NCBI GenBank assembly: GCA_004431415.1
Contig: QPMI01000409.1
Location: 1-64,000, forward strand
Direction: 5' to 3'
DNA from: Cyanophora paradoxa CCMP329
Lineage: Eukaryota; Plantae; Glaucophyta
Length of the DNA stretch: 64,000 nt
How positions within the stretch are numbered: position 1 is the first letter of the stretch; every line of letters starts with the position of its first letter. A model generated the notes under the pieces. That model was given only the letters and a program-made list of their open reading frames with translations, did no database searches and was not told where the DNA came from. The position numbers and the translations under genes are program-made. Shown here one piece after another: positions 38,048-51,218 of the stretch.

Positions 38048-39286
38048 TGATGCGAGCGGGGTCCACGAGCTCCAAAACCCCAAAAATTCCTGTACGCGAC
38101 CCGCCCAGGCCGCTGCTTCTGAAAGAAGCTGCGACAGTGTACGACAAGCCTTTCCTGACGCTCTCGGCGCTCGTAGGCAACCGACAGGCGGATCCCAAAG
38201 AACCCCAAGTATGAAGGTGTCCGCGCGAAGGTCGACAGCGGCATGACCATCGGTTCGAAGAGCGCGAGCTAAGTCTCTGTTACTGCTTGTCCTGATTCCG
38301 AGCGCAGACAAGCTGCGAGAGCAGGAGTCATCCGGTGAGCTGGTTTCCGCCGTTTGCGCGTGCTCTCACCTTCTATGCAGCGAATAAGAGCAGGAAAGAT
38401 GAAATCTTCAAGCGCATAAAAGGTTCGGGGTCTCCACCCCTGCCGGGCGCTGGAGCTAAGAGTGGAACCCGCCCCCTCAGTCTCTACACTCGGATCTCTG
38501 ATAGATGCCGAGACGGAGGAGGAGAGTGTGTACTCACTGGTAGACACTGAGGGTGGACCTTCGAGCACGACCAGTGAGCAATGCGGATTCCACCCATTGG
38601 TCGTTTTTTTCACTGCATCGCCAGAAACTAGCACACATGATGCTACCTCAACTGGCCAGAGCTCTGGGCAGTACAACAAAAAGTATCTGCTACTAGATGT
38701 GCGGGACAAAGACGAATATGACAAATGCCACATTAGAACAGGTTCGCCTCGCGCCACAATTCAAAGTTGTCTATCCACACGTTTAATTTTCGCTTTCCAG
38801 CCATGTCTCACCCTGCCGCCAAACTTAACCAAATCAACGCATTCACTGCTGACATGATACGCTACGTGAGTCAACCATGACTTTCTGTTCTCCATCTGTT
38901 GTACTGAGATGAGCATGCATCCAGAAAAATCAGAAGGAGCGTATCATGGTCATCTATGATGATGATGAGAAGGCATGCCACTGTCCCTTGCCTTTCTTCC
39001 TCACATTCCTGATCCTAATGCTACGTATCAGATCGCTGCGGCTGCAGCAACAATGCTGGCTGAGCGGGGCTTTGAGAACCTATACATGCTCACTGGAGGT
39101 TCGTTGCATCTATTCCAGCCCCCCAGGTAGCCTGAGTCTCACTGTTAATGTTGTTCAGGTCTGTTCAAGTTCGGGGAGAAGTCTCCAGACCTGCTCGTTG
39201 GCGACCTCCCCTCTCGCCCTCCCCCATCTCGCTCTTCTATCGGCACCTCCGCCTCCATGCGCTCCACCATCACCACCCGCCTCTGA
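38048..39286 (+). CDS. CEP41: Centrosomal protein CEP41-like (rhodanese domain)
   Basis: PKNPKYEGVRAKVDSG, YLLLDVRDKDEYDKCHI, IMVIYDDDEK|IAAAAATMLAERGFENLYMLTGG. Confidence 0.8.
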
Positions 39287-39342
39287 AAAATCTTAGCAGC
39301 GTTTCGCATTCAAAGCACTTTCGTGTGTAGGGACCTCCCAAT

Positions 39343-39519
39343 GCTCTTTCTACGCTACGGGCGCGCCGGACCTCCTACCTACAGCGCTTTAACTGTACCC
39401 GTGCTGTTTGGGTGAGAGCGTAACCCGCAGGGACTGGTGCCCTGATGGAGAAAAGGGGATCGGAGCCTAGCGCTAGCTGGCTACGAGCCGAGCAGGCGCT
39501 TCGCGTCCACGCCGGTGCC
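39343..39519 (-). mobile_element. Fanzor-end element, copy 5 (~177 bp)
   Basis: Same terminus; 56 bp after the CEP41 stop. Confidence 0.88.
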
Positions 39520-39619
39520 AAGGGCTCGAAGCGAGCACTGCCCCTAAAACCTTTCCCCCTCCACGTCGACGTACCCGGCAACGATCAAAGTGACAAAGCT
39601 GCGGCGACGTTTGCACCGA

Positions 39620-41221
39620 ATGGACAAGCTCAAAGCGGAGATCGAGAGGAAACGGAAGCTCGTGGAGAGCGCCGCAGCTGCGAGCGGCAACGCGGGCAAG
39701 AAATGGGTGAAGCGCGCCGACCTGGAGGCGGAGAAGCTGAAGCAGCTGGAGGCCGAACGGCCGCGTGCGCGATGCCGCGTTCGCCTAGCCACTGCATTCT
39801 GCTTACGCGTCACCAGGGTCGTCCCCGAGCCCACCGCCCAAGCCGAGCGATGCAGGTGCTGAATGCGCGACGGGCGATTGGACGCGGAGCACTGCTAACG
39901 AGCACCCAGATGCGCGAGCTTCGCCGCCGCCGGAGGCGTCCGGCCAGTCCAAGAACGATGCCGCAGACGGGGTGCGTTGCAGAACGAGTGCCGCGCTGAT
40001 TTCGAGCACTGCGCTGAGCATGCGCGCATTCAGGAAGAGCAGAAGGCTAAGCTACCCAAGCCTGATGTCATCAGGAGGCTGAGAGCTCGGGGCCAGCCCA
40101 TCACGCTTTTCGGCGAAACGGACAGTGCGCACCGCCCTGCGGCTCTGTTCGCAAGCACAGCATACCTGAATACACTTCGCAGTTCAGCGGGAAGAGCGGT
40201 TGAAGCTCGTAGAGGCTACGATTCCTGAACTGATGGAGGGGCAGAAGAACGATATGCAGCGGCTGCTCGAAGAGCAAGAACAAGGGGAGCGCTCTGGCAA
40301 AGGTGCGCTATTTTGCCAAACCATGCACATGCGCTTAAATATTGAGATGCGTTCAGAGAAATCTGGCTCGGACAGCGACAGCGATGACGACGCGCGGAAG
40401 CGGGGGAAGAGGGTCGGGGGCAAGGCCAGTGACTCGGAGAGCGGCGCTGGGGGCCCCTCTGGCGTTGAAAAGGAGCTCAAAGACGAAGAGTACATCGTGC
40501 AGTACCTGAAGGTGCACGAGTGTGCTTTCGCCCTCTTTTTAGAGGCTGACATGCGCCCAGCGCATGCTCCGAGAGTGGGAGGAGAGTTTAGACTCAAGGC
40601 CTGACGCAGTCAAGAAGACGGCCCAGGGCAAGGCAAGGGTGCTGACCAGGCTCGAAATCATCGTTTGATTTGGCCTGCAGGTCGACACTGCAACACAGAA
40701 GCAGTGCTACAGGTATCTGAAGCCATTCTTCAGTGAGATGCGCAAGCGGGTGCGCATTCTTCGACAGGCTATGACTGTGGGCTAATGGCTTTACAGCAAT
40801 CGCCGCCCGACATTGTTCGGTCGGTTCGCTCAATCATAACGCACATGGAGAATCGGGAGTATGTGAAGGCGCACGAGGACTACATGAAACTCGCCATTGG
40901 TGTGTCCCTCCGAATTTTTCAAGTGGGATGCCGGGATGAATGAGCCTACTGGCAGGCAATGCGCCCTGGCCCATGGGTGTGACGATGGTTGGTATCCACG
41001 AGCGCTCCGCCCGGGAGAAGATTCACTCAAACCAAGTCGCTCGTGCGCCCCTCCACCCATACTTAGCGCATACGGTATTTTCTCGTGCCCCCTTGCGTCT
41101 CATGGTGGCCGCAGACGTGCTAAACGACGAGACTCAGCGGAAGTACATCCAGTCCGTCAAGCGTGTCATGACATTCGTGCAGAAGAAGTACCCAGCTGAC
41201 CCATCCCGTTCCGTTTGGTAG
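39620..41221 (+). CDS. PRPF18: Pre-mRNA splicing factor 18
   Basis: [75 protein letters not shown]. Confidence 0.95.
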
Positions 41222-41468
41222 TTTCCACGTGGAAATCGGCAGCAAGGAAAGCGATGAGCGATTTGGCTGCAAGTGTGGGATGTTCACTGCAGCAAAGGCG
41301 CGGGCCCAGCCCACCGGTACCAAGCTCGCGCCCACCCAGCCGGGACTTACATTGAGGGGAGTACTGAGCCGCCACGTGCGGACACTGGCTACAGGTGCCC
41401 GCACGTGGGTGTGGCATCGCAACTCAGGGCAGTGGAGGCATTAAGGCTCGGGGCGGCAGAGATCGTCT

Positions 41469-41592
41469 CCAACCCCGTCCAAACAAATCAAATCAGAGCC
41501 AAAGTTAAACCCCATCCAACCCCGTCCAACCCCGCATTAAAATCGAAGTCATAGTCCAACCCAGTCCAACCCAGTCCAACCCCGTCCAACCA
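41469..41592. repeat. 10-bp tccaaccc(a/c)g tandem repeat between PRP18 and thyX
   Basis: Seen directly. Confidence 0.8.
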
Positions 41593-41664
41593 AATCGAGA
41601 GGCCGGCCCCAAGGGGGGCCGGAATAGAATGGGGATGGAGACAACATCTACGAGGAGGATTTCT

Positions 41665-43896
41665 TTATCGCTTGAAGAAATCCTCCTCGTAGATATTCTT
41701 GACAGCCCGCATGTGCTCTGCAAGCAGGGGATGCTGTTTCCTGCACTGGGCATTAGCCGGGCGACCCATAGAAAGAGCAGACATGCGGCACACCGGAACT
41801 GCTCAAAGAGCTCGTAGACAAGGTCGCGGTACGAAAAGTGGCCGCCGGGCTTCGTGCGCAACTCGACGATGTGATACATCTCACGCAAATTCATCTGCAG
41901 GCAGAGAGGTCTCAGGAAGGTACCGACCTTGAGCAAAATTTAAAAAGAGTGTGCCTTGAACAAGGTACGCTTCCGATAGCCGAGGGGGATGACGTATGCG
42001 GCCTCTGCAGGCTGCCCCGCCTCCGCAATGGCACGGAACGTGCTCGCGGCCTCGTTCATGGCTGTAGAAAAATTCTCAGAGGCGAGCGGGGGGCACAAGG
42101 GAGCAGCCACGAGCCGCACCCTCGTTGTAGATGTTGAGGGCCTCGCCCTGGATGTCGCGGGGCGTCTCGTAGCCATGAGAGATGCCGAGGGGCTGAAGGC
42201 GGAGAAAGTTTAGATGCCTGCGCATCCTCCCAGTTCGCGGAGCCATGCGGACCTGATTGATCTGGGTACAGATGCGGTGCCGCTGGAGATCGCGGAAGGC
42301 GCCGTAGTCCATGAGCGTGTCAAAAATGAAGCCCTACTGAAAATCAGACCGGAAGCTTGGTGAGGCGGCGCCCCCTGCCCCTGTCCTTACCTGTCCGACC
42401 TCAAACTCGCGCGAGGGCCAGTCCCACTGAGAGCGTTTCTCCTAGGGGGACGCTTAGCCCGAACCGCGGGTAAAATCGAGTGCGCCGCAGACCTGAACGG
42501 CATTGATGATTTCTCGCTTCTCCTCCTGTGACAACTGCTGGACGTGGCGGAGGATCTGGCGGAAGCCGAACTGTGGCAATGTCGTAAGTGGCAGATTCAG
42601 AGGTGCGGGATTATTTTCATCGACAAACCTCCGATGCACTGTAAAGAAGGGTGGCGATGAGCTCGTCCTCGGGGGCGGGGGCCTGCACGGCCGTCAGGGC
42701 GGTCACAGAGAGCACGGCGGACGCGGGCAAGCACGGATTCGATAAGGTCCACCCGGTAGGAGCGGTCCGGCTCGCCAATGTTGCCCAGGTACTTCACCGC
42801 AAACTCGCGCATGGCCTACGCAATGCTAGGTGAGACAAGAAGGCACTCTGCAAGGGGTGCAATGAAGGGACCTTGTCCTTGTCCGCGAGGTACTGCTTAG
42901 GCTCCGTGCGCTTGACGAGGGTCGGCGCCCCCGCGATCTGAGCAAGAAGTTAGCCGAGGCGATATTTACGAGCGAAAGAAGCAGTTTGCGCCGGACCTGG
43001 AGCTTCACTGTCTTCTGGATGAGGGCGCCGATCTCCTTCGCGCGCTCGCCGCCAGCGGTGGCAAGCTCAGAGAACAGCGGCTCGAGCTTCTTCTGAAGAG
43101 GATTGTACGCGGGCTCGACGGCCGCACGCTGAACCTCCTCGCCGATGGCGCGAATCTCCTCGACGGGGCTCGCCTTCAGCTTCGAGATGGCGTGGCGGAG
43201 GGAGCGGGCGCTCATGATCATGCCAAAATTGGTGAGAGTGGCCGTCGGGAGCAGGTAGCGGGACACGTCGAAGGAGCGAGCCTTAATGCGGGTTTCGTAC
43301 ACACCCTCGCTCTGGTCGCCACGAGGATACTGCGACCGGTAGTGCTGGCGCATGAGCTCCGACACACGCTCGTACGACGAGAAGAGCTTCGCGACGGTCG
43401 AGCTGTAGCGCTCGCCGATTTTGGGCAGGGCGATAACGCTCGGCGGGCGGTAGAAGCGATCGAGGTCGAACTGCACGTAGCGCGTGCTTTTCTCCTGGTA
43501 GGAGGCGATGCGGTTGTCTTCAACGGCCTTGGATGCAAGGATCGACACGTTCTCGAGAGCGATGGCGACGACAGCCATATCAGCGACCGAGGCGTCGCCG
43601 TAGCCAAGGACCCACTTCTCGTGGAACTGCGCCGACTTCTCCTCCGAGAGCTCATCGATGGTGTCGACGATAGACTCGACAGAGCGGCTGTACTTGGCCA
43701 TCGCTGACCGCGCAAGGCGAGGGCGTCAGCGCCAGCCACGGCGGTCGAGACGCGCACAAGTTCGGGCGAGGTCGCCGCGCTTCGAGACTGGTGCGCTAGA
43801 CTCTTAAGCATAAAACCGCGCACCGACGGCGAGCACTTCCGGCGGGAGTCCGACGATTGAGAAGACGGAACGCTGGGAGCGGTCAGCGGTCGCCAT
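41665..43896 (-). CDS. thyX: Flavin-dependent thymidylate synthase, tandem two-domain type (spliced)
   Basis: MAKYSRS, FHEKWVLGYGDASVAD, SYQEKSTRY, SRYLLPTATLTNFG, MDYGAFRDLQRHR, YVIPLGY, ELRTKPGGHFSYR. Confidence 0.88.
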
Positions 43897-44173
43897 GGTG
43901 GAGAATTTGAGCGCGCGAGAGGGCGGTGCTGGGGCCGATTCGTGCCGCTTTGAAGTGCGCAAGAGGCCGGTGCTGAGGCGAAGTGCCGCTTTAATGTCCG
44001 AAAGTGTTCGCAGCGCCGTGCTGACTGTGGCCGCTCGGCAGACTGGGGCGCACGGGAGGCTGGGCGCGGGGGAAATCGTTTGGCGCCAAGATGTTTGAAC
44101 TATGCGATTGTACCCAGGTGAAATCGACTTCAGCCCCGTCCCGGATCAAGGCCGCTCGCAGCCCTCTAGGCGA

Positions 44174-45558
44174 ATGGATTCCGCGTTTTGCGTGCTAGGG
44201 GCAGCGCCAGCGGCGGTCTTGACCTACCTTCGGCCCCACCGCCGAGATGCTGCGTGCTGTCCCACCGGTACCGCCGAGACGCAGCACCAGCGCGCTGTCG
44301 CTAGCTGGAGCAAGCCGAGCACGCGCGATCAGGGCCCCGGGGGCCGGCGGACCGGGGGCGATCAGCGCGGCCCTTGGCGCTCAGGTGGGCAGCAGCGCTC
44401 GAGCGAAGGTCGCCAGCGCTTCAGCCGTGACGAAAGCGGCTTCCCGCGGCGCTCCGAGCGGGACGGAGGACGCGGATCACGCGGGGAGGAGAGCGGAGGT
44501 CGGCGCTTCGATCGGGAGGAGCGCGGCTCGCGCTATGAGCGGGGCGGCGAAGGCCGATCGCGCTTCCAGAGTCGGGAGGAGGGGGCAGGCGGCCGGCGCT
44601 TCGATCGGGAGGAGCGCGGATCGCGCTATGAGCGGGGCGGCGAAGGCCGATCGCGCTTCCAGAGTCGGGAGGAGGGGGCAGGCGGCCGGCGCTTCGATCG
44701 GGAGGAGCGCGGCTCGCGCTATGAGCGGGGCGGCGAAGGCCGATCGCGCTTCCAGAGTCGGGAGGAGGGGGCAGGCGGTCGGCGCTTCAATCGGGAGGAT
44801 CGCGGATCCCGTTTCGGGAGCCGGTCCGCCGGCCGGCGCGACGACAGACCAACAGGCGCCTGGGACAGGCCGGCGCGCCCTGGGGAGCGCCCGGAGAGCT
44901 CATGGGACATGCCCGCGCCGGCGTCCTCTGCTCAGGGCGCGCTAGAGCGCCCTGGAGGGTTCGCGAGCCCGGAGCGAGCTCCGCGCGGTGACGCGCTGGA
45001 CCTGAGCGATTTCCCTGCCGGTGTCGTGGAGTACACGAGCTCGGCCCCCTCCGAACGCAGCGGAAAGCTGGTCAACGCGCTCTCCAAGGCCCAGATCGGA
45101 AGGTGCACTTCGCTGACGATGTTTCCAAGCAAGCCATGACGCCCTGCGCTTGCTTGCATACGCAGTATGGAAGTTGTGGAACTTCTTGTCGCAAAAGGGC
45201 GCGTGCACGTGAACGGATCGCCTGTCACTGACACGGCTGCCATCGTGGAAGTGACTGATCGCATTGTGCGCGGATGTGCCCTCGATCCTTCACGTGTACA
45301 CGCTTAGACTTGCAAAGGTGGTGAACGGCGAGTTCCTAGAGCCGGAGAGGGACGAGCCCGATAACGATGACGAGGATTACGACGACGCGGACGACTGGGA
45401 CCCTCGAAAGTGCGGTTTCTTCCCGTTCGCCTGCACTGTGGAGGACCGACTGACACGGTCTTCTCTGCCCCCATGCAGCCGCGGGAAGCTTCCGAAGGAG
45501 TACTCGTCAAGCATCGATGGGGGCTTCTTCAAGCGGAAGCTCATGGAGGTCAAGAACG
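44174..45558 (+). CDS. Organelle-targeted S4-like RNA-binding protein with RGG/RE-rich repeats
   Basis: MDSAFCVLGAAPA transit-like start; 93-bp repeat; S4-like KLVNALSKAQIG..VAKGRVHVNGSPVTD..VTDRIVVNG. Confidence 0.6.
44495..44810 (+). repeat. 93-bp (31-aa) coding tandem repeat x~3.4
   Basis: GGRRFDREERGSRYERGGEGRSRFQSREEGA repeated at 44495, 44588, 44681, partial at 44774. Confidence 0.95.
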
Positions 45559-45665
45559 GGACTTCGGGCTCGAGCTAAGTCTCTAAAAATCCCTGCCGCC
45601 ATCGGCCAGTGCAGATCTGGATTCATGTATGCGCATTCAATAGCTATGGTTTCCAATTTCGGTTT

Positions 45666-45838
45666 GCTCTTTCTACTAGGCTATGTGACGGGCGCGCGGG
45701 ACACTTCTAGATCTAGACCTTCAGCGCTTGAACTATATATAGCCGTGCTGTTCGGGATGAGAGCGTAACCCGCAGGAGCCCCGAGCCTCGGAGGCCCGAG
45801 GGGCCCTGTCTGATGGAAAAATGGGGGAGCCTAGCTAG
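45666..45838 (-). mobile_element. Fanzor-end element, copy 7 (diverged)
   Basis: Keeps gctctttcta, acgggcgcg, cagcgctt, ccgtgctgtt, gagagcgtaacccgcagg, ctgatgga and gagcctagc in order, with indels; 107 bp after the S4-gene stop. Confidence 0.75.
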
Positions 45839-46081
45839 CTGCAGAGAGTCGCGTCGGCGCCCACCCCCGTAATCGTAATTCTCAAATTCTTTTCATTTTC
45901 AAGTTTTAGGACTCAGCCACCTAGTACCACGCAGAAAAAGGGTGCTACAAACTAATAGAGATCTATCAGCTAAAATGGTACACATGCAGGGCGGATCCGG
46001 ACAGTGAAAGGGTTCAAGAAAGACTGCCGATCGGAATGGGGCGGCGGGAAGGGGCAGAGCAGAGGCGGGTCATGATCTTGA

Positions 46082-49000
46082 TCATGCGTCGACACCCTCG
46101 ATGCGGTCCTCGACCTCCTGGTACAGCTCCCGGAGGCGGTCGAGGTTCTCATCGCTCGTATCCCAGTAGCCGCGGCCGTTAGCCTCGAGCAGCGTCTGCA
46201 CCATCTTGCGGAACGAGTTCGGGTTCGCGTCCAACAGCCGCTGGCACATCGCCGGGTCGTTGATGAACGTCTCGTTTGCGTCCTCGTAAATCCAGTTGTC
46301 GACGGCGCCGGCGGTCGCCGACCAGCCAAGCGTGTTCGTCAGCCGCTTCGACAACTCCCGTACGCCCTCGTAGCCGTGGCTCATCATGCCCTCGTACCTG
46401 CACCCGTGGCGTCAGCGGGTCCTGGAGGGGACATCGGAGGGGCGGGGAGGGGACGCACCACTTGGGGTTGAGGAGCTTGGTGCGGGCGTCGAGGCGGACG
46501 GTCTCCGCGAGGGTGCGGACCTGGGCGTTCGCGGTGGTCGTGTCGGCGATGTAGGCCGCGACCTTCTTGCCGTCGCCGCGGAGCGAGGAGACGAGCTTCG
46601 TGGGGTCGGAGTCGAAGTAGTGGGAGACGTCCGTAAGGGAGATCTCGGACGAGTCCAGGTTCTGGAAGGTCGCGTCGCACTTCTTGAGCGACGCCTCGAA
46701 GATATCGCGCTTCTGGTCGATGCCACCTGGGTTGTCGGCCGTGTACGCGAACGACTTGCGCGCGAGGTACATGTCCTGCAGCTGGTCCTCGCTCTCCCAC
46801 GTGCCGTTCTCGACGGCGAGGTTGACGTTGCTCGAGTAGGAGCCCGAGGCGTTGGAGAAGACGCGGGTCGCGGCGTCGCGGACGCTGCAGTTGAGCTCCT
46901 CCGCCTGCTCGAGTGCGTGCTTGCGCACGAAGTTCATCTCGAGGGGCTCGTCGGCCTCGGCCGCCATCTTGACGGCCTTGTCGAGCAGCTGCATCTGGTT
47001 CACGAAGAGGTCGCGGAAGACGCCCGAGCAGTTGACGACGACGTCAATGCGGGGCCGGCCCAGCTCCTCCAGCGGGATAAGCTCCACCTGCGAGGCGCGG
47101 GGCGTGAATTCGGGGCGAGCGTAACGCAGAACCGGGCGCTATGGGGAGACTGACCTTGTTGACGCGGCCCAGCTGGTCGGGAACGGGCCGAGCGCCAACG
47201 AACCAGAGGACCTGGGCGAGGGACTCGCCGTAGGTCTTGATGTTGTCCGTGCCCCACAGAACGCAGGCGATGGACTCGGGGTAGGCCCCGTCGTTCTCCT
47301 GCTGCTGGCGGGCGATGAGGCGGTCGACGACCGTCTTCGCCGACTTGCACGCCGCCGCCGTCGGGATAGCCTGCGGGTCCAGCGCGTGGATGTTCTTGCC
47401 CGTCGGGAGCACGCCGGGGTTACTGCGCGAGGCGCGCGGAGCGCGGGGGTCAGAACACGGCGGGCGGGGCAACGGCGTCGTATGCCGTTAAATAGCGCAC
47501 CGGATGGGGTCACCGCCGGGCCCCGGGGTGATGTACTCGCCCTCGAGGGCGCGGACGAGCGAGGCGAGCTCGTTGTCGGCAACGACCTGCTGGAGGCAGA
47601 ACTGGAGGTACTCGAGCAGGGGCTTGAGGTCCGCCTCCGACGCGTTCTCGAAGCCGGCCTTGGCGATCGCCTCGGCGACGGGGGACTTCTTGTTGCCGGC
47701 GAGGAAGAAGTCGGTGATCTGCTTGACGGCCGAGACGCGGCCGCCGTAGGCAGACTCGGCGACGAGCGACTCGACGGCCGCGCGCGTCGCGTCGTTGATG
47801 CGCTGCAGGAGGTCGACGTCGTCAAGGACGCCGCGGTCGGAGCTCTGGTAGATCTGCTCGATGTTGCGCCCGATCGACTCGGCGAGGATGCGCGGCATCG
47901 ACTTGGTGCCGTCCTCCTCGCGGTCCAGCGAGGCGATCGAGACGAGGGTCGCCACCGACTCGTCCGTCGAGGGCGGCGTGCCGACGACGTGGAGGCCGCA
48001 GGGCAGCAGGCGCGACTCGATCTCCATGAGCTTCGCGTAGACCTTGCCGACGATCGTGTTGCGCTCCTCGGCGTCCATCTCCTCGGTGACCTCGTTGGGG
48101 AGCGGCACGTCCTTGTCCAGGTTGCACTGGCGCGCCGTCTCGATGATGGCGTTGACGATGCCGACCGCGCGGCCGCCGTCCTTGAGCGACTGGTACGACG
48201 AGATGAGCTCCTTGAGCTCCTTCAGGCCCTTGTACAGGCCGGCGTTCTCGGCCGGCGGCGTCAGGTACGAGATGGTCGCGGCGTAGGAGCGGCGCTTGGC
48301 GATGGTCGCCTCCGACGGGTTGTTGGCCGCGTAGTAGTAGATGTTGGGCGTCGTCGAGATGAGGCTGTCCGGGTAGCAGTACTCGGACATGCCGACCTGC
48401 TTGCCGGGCATGAACTCGAGCGAGCCGTGCGTGCCGAAGTGGAGGACGGCGTCCGCGCCCCAGATGCGCTCCAGGTACGTGTAGAAGGCCGCGAAACCGT
48501 GGTGCGGCGACGCCGAGCGGGAGAAGAGGAGGCGCATCGGGTCGCCCTCGTAGCCGAAGGTCGGCTGCACGCCGATGAAGACGTTGCCGAAGTGCTTGCC
48601 GTAGACGAGCAGGTTCTGGCCGTCGGTGTTGAGGGTGCCGGGGGCGGGGCCCCAGTTCTCCTTGAGGCGCTCGACGTAGGGCGTGTTGGCCTCGTACTCG
48701 GAGACGGGCATGCGGTACGCGACGTTGAGCTCCGGCGAGTTGATGCGCGCCTCGGCGTCGTGCAGCACCTCCTCGATCAGGTCCTGCGGCGACTCGGGGA
48801 GCGCCCCGACGTCGTAGCCGGCCTGCGCGAGGGCCTCCAGCACGCGGTAGACCGAGCTGAAGACGTCCAGGTACGCGGCCGAGCCGACGTTGCCCTTGTC
48901 CGGCGGGAATGAGAAGACCGTGATGGCGACCTTCTTCTCCGCCGCCTTCTTGCGGCGCAGATTCGCCCACTGCGGCGGCCGGTCGAGTCAGGCGGGCGTG

Positions 49001-51026
49001 CCGGCAGGCGGGCCGGCGGGAGGCCCGCGGGAGGGGCGCGGACCTTGACGGCGCGAGCGGCGATCTGCTCGACCTTGTCCTGGAGGGTGTGGGCCTTGCC
49101 CGAGTTGCCGTCGCGGCCGGAGAAGACGATAGGCTCAATGGCGCCGTCGAGCTCGGGCAGGGCGACCTGCAGGGCGACCTGGATGGGGTGCAGCCCGAGG
49201 TCCGAGTCGACCCACTCCTCGGTCGTCTGGAAGACCAGCGGGAGCGCCACCATGTAGGGCCGGTTCAGCGCCGTCAGCGCCTCCACCGCCTTGGGGTGGT
49301 CCTGGCGCGCCGGGCCTCCCTGCGCGACGAGGGGCTCGGCCGGGGGTAATCAAAGGGGGAAGGGGCAGAAACGCACGACAAGGGCGAAGCCGGTGAGGGA
49401 GACGACGACGTCGACGATAGGGACGTCGGGGGACTTGGGGTTGTAGAAGTAGGACTTGAGGGGGAGGCTGAAGTCGAGGCCGCCGGCGAAGATGGGGATG
49501 ACGCGCCCGCCCTGCGCCTCGATCTCCTGCACCATGCCGATGTAGTGCGCCTCGTCGCTGGTCACGATGTGCGAGCGCTGGAGGATGAGGCCGACGGTGG
49601 GGGCGGTCGGGTTGCGGCACGCGGCCGGCACGACCTCCGCCGTGTTGTACCACGCAAGGTACTCCTCGATGTCCTCGAAGAGCTTGGGCGCGCGCGGGTG
49701 CCAGATGCCCTGGTCGGGGTAGACCTGGGGCTCCTCGTACTGCAGGGTCGAGTCGATGCTGGTGACATACTTGTCGGTGACGAGCAGCAGGAAGTTGGCA
49801 AGGTTCTCGGGGTTGCCGCCAATCCAGTACTGGAGAGACATCATAAAGTTGCGGGCGTCCTGGGCCTTGTCGGACGGCAGGTACTTCAGGACCTGCAGGA
49901 AAAGGTCCTTAGTTCGCGCGCTGTGGAGCCTCCGCCTCACGTGCGGACCTTAGGAAGGGTGCGGAGGAGCTTGAGCATGCCCTCTTCGAAGCCGGAGCCG
50001 GCCTTCTCGCGGCGCTTGCGCATGAAGCTAGCGATGGCCGACTTCGACTGGCCGAGCTGCGCGAGGCTGAAGTTGCCGAGCTTGTTGAGGCGCATGACCT
50101 GCGGCATCGACGGGAAGACGACGCAGGCATCCAGGCGGTCCCTGCGGGTGCCGGTTGGGCCGGCACGCGGGCACACGTGCGCGGGGTGGGCGAACCGAAC
50201 GGGCTCAACGGCGGCCACAATCTTCTCGGCGAGCTCTTCAATGAAGATGAGCGAGCCGATAAAGATGTTCGCGTCCTGCAGGTTGCGCTTGAACTCCTCG
50301 TAGTTCTGCGCGTTGCGCAGCTCCTCGATAAGGTAGCCGTGGATCTCGACGCAAACGTCCTTATTCGTCGCATTGATGTTGCGCACAGCCTCCGAGAGAG
50401 CTCCCTGTGTGGCACGCGTCGGCGCGCGTGGACCCGTGGCACTCGGCGAGCGGACCTGGTACTGCGCCTCGAGCACGACGTAAACGACCTTCACTACAGC
50501 GCGTCCAGACTTGTCGGGAGTAATCCGTCGGACTGCAGGGTTGACATTGGTATAGCCACCGACCATCATACCAGCACCGACCACCTCGCTGCCCTCATCC
50601 TGGAGACAGAAAGAGAGCGTAAACAAACTTCAAAGCGAGAAGCTCGCTCTCCACCGCCACGCGCACCTTCTGGGCAGGGGGCGTGGTAATCGCCCGGACG
50701 ATAGTATCTACGCCCGGCGCCGGACGGGAGTGCACGCCGCGGGAGAGGCTGAAGAGAGAGCCTTGGCGGAAGCTAGTGCTCGAACGAAGCTGTTGGTGCA
50801 GATCCCGCGCCGCAGCGAGGCCCTGGAACTGCTGGAAGGGAGCCGCCTTCGGGTAGAAGCCCACCGACACGCGGCTAAGCAGGCCACTCGGGGCGTTGGA
50901 TGCTGCCTTCGAACGAGAATACGAACGCGAACTAACCGCGGACGTGCCCGACAGCGCTGCCGCAGACTGTGCTGCGTGAACTGCCGGCACAGGCGCGCCG
51001 AGGAAAGCGAGGGTGGACCCCTCCAT
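46082..51026 (-). CDS. chlH: Magnesium chelatase subunit H with plastid transit peptide
   Basis: [87 protein letters not shown]; N-term [16 protein letters not shown]. Confidence 0.98.
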
Positions 51027-51218
51027 CCTCCCAGCTAATGCTGAGACGACGAGCCTTCTGTTCCGGCGCTGGCTGGCCGGTTTCTTTGCACGCTGGGCGC
51101 ACGCGGCCTGAAACAATCAACCCCGGATTCGGGGGGAAAACTTTCAAGGGGGTACAGGCAAGCGGCACGCTCTTGTGTCGCGGAACCGGCATAGAAGCGG
51201 AGAAGCACGGCGAGCGTA

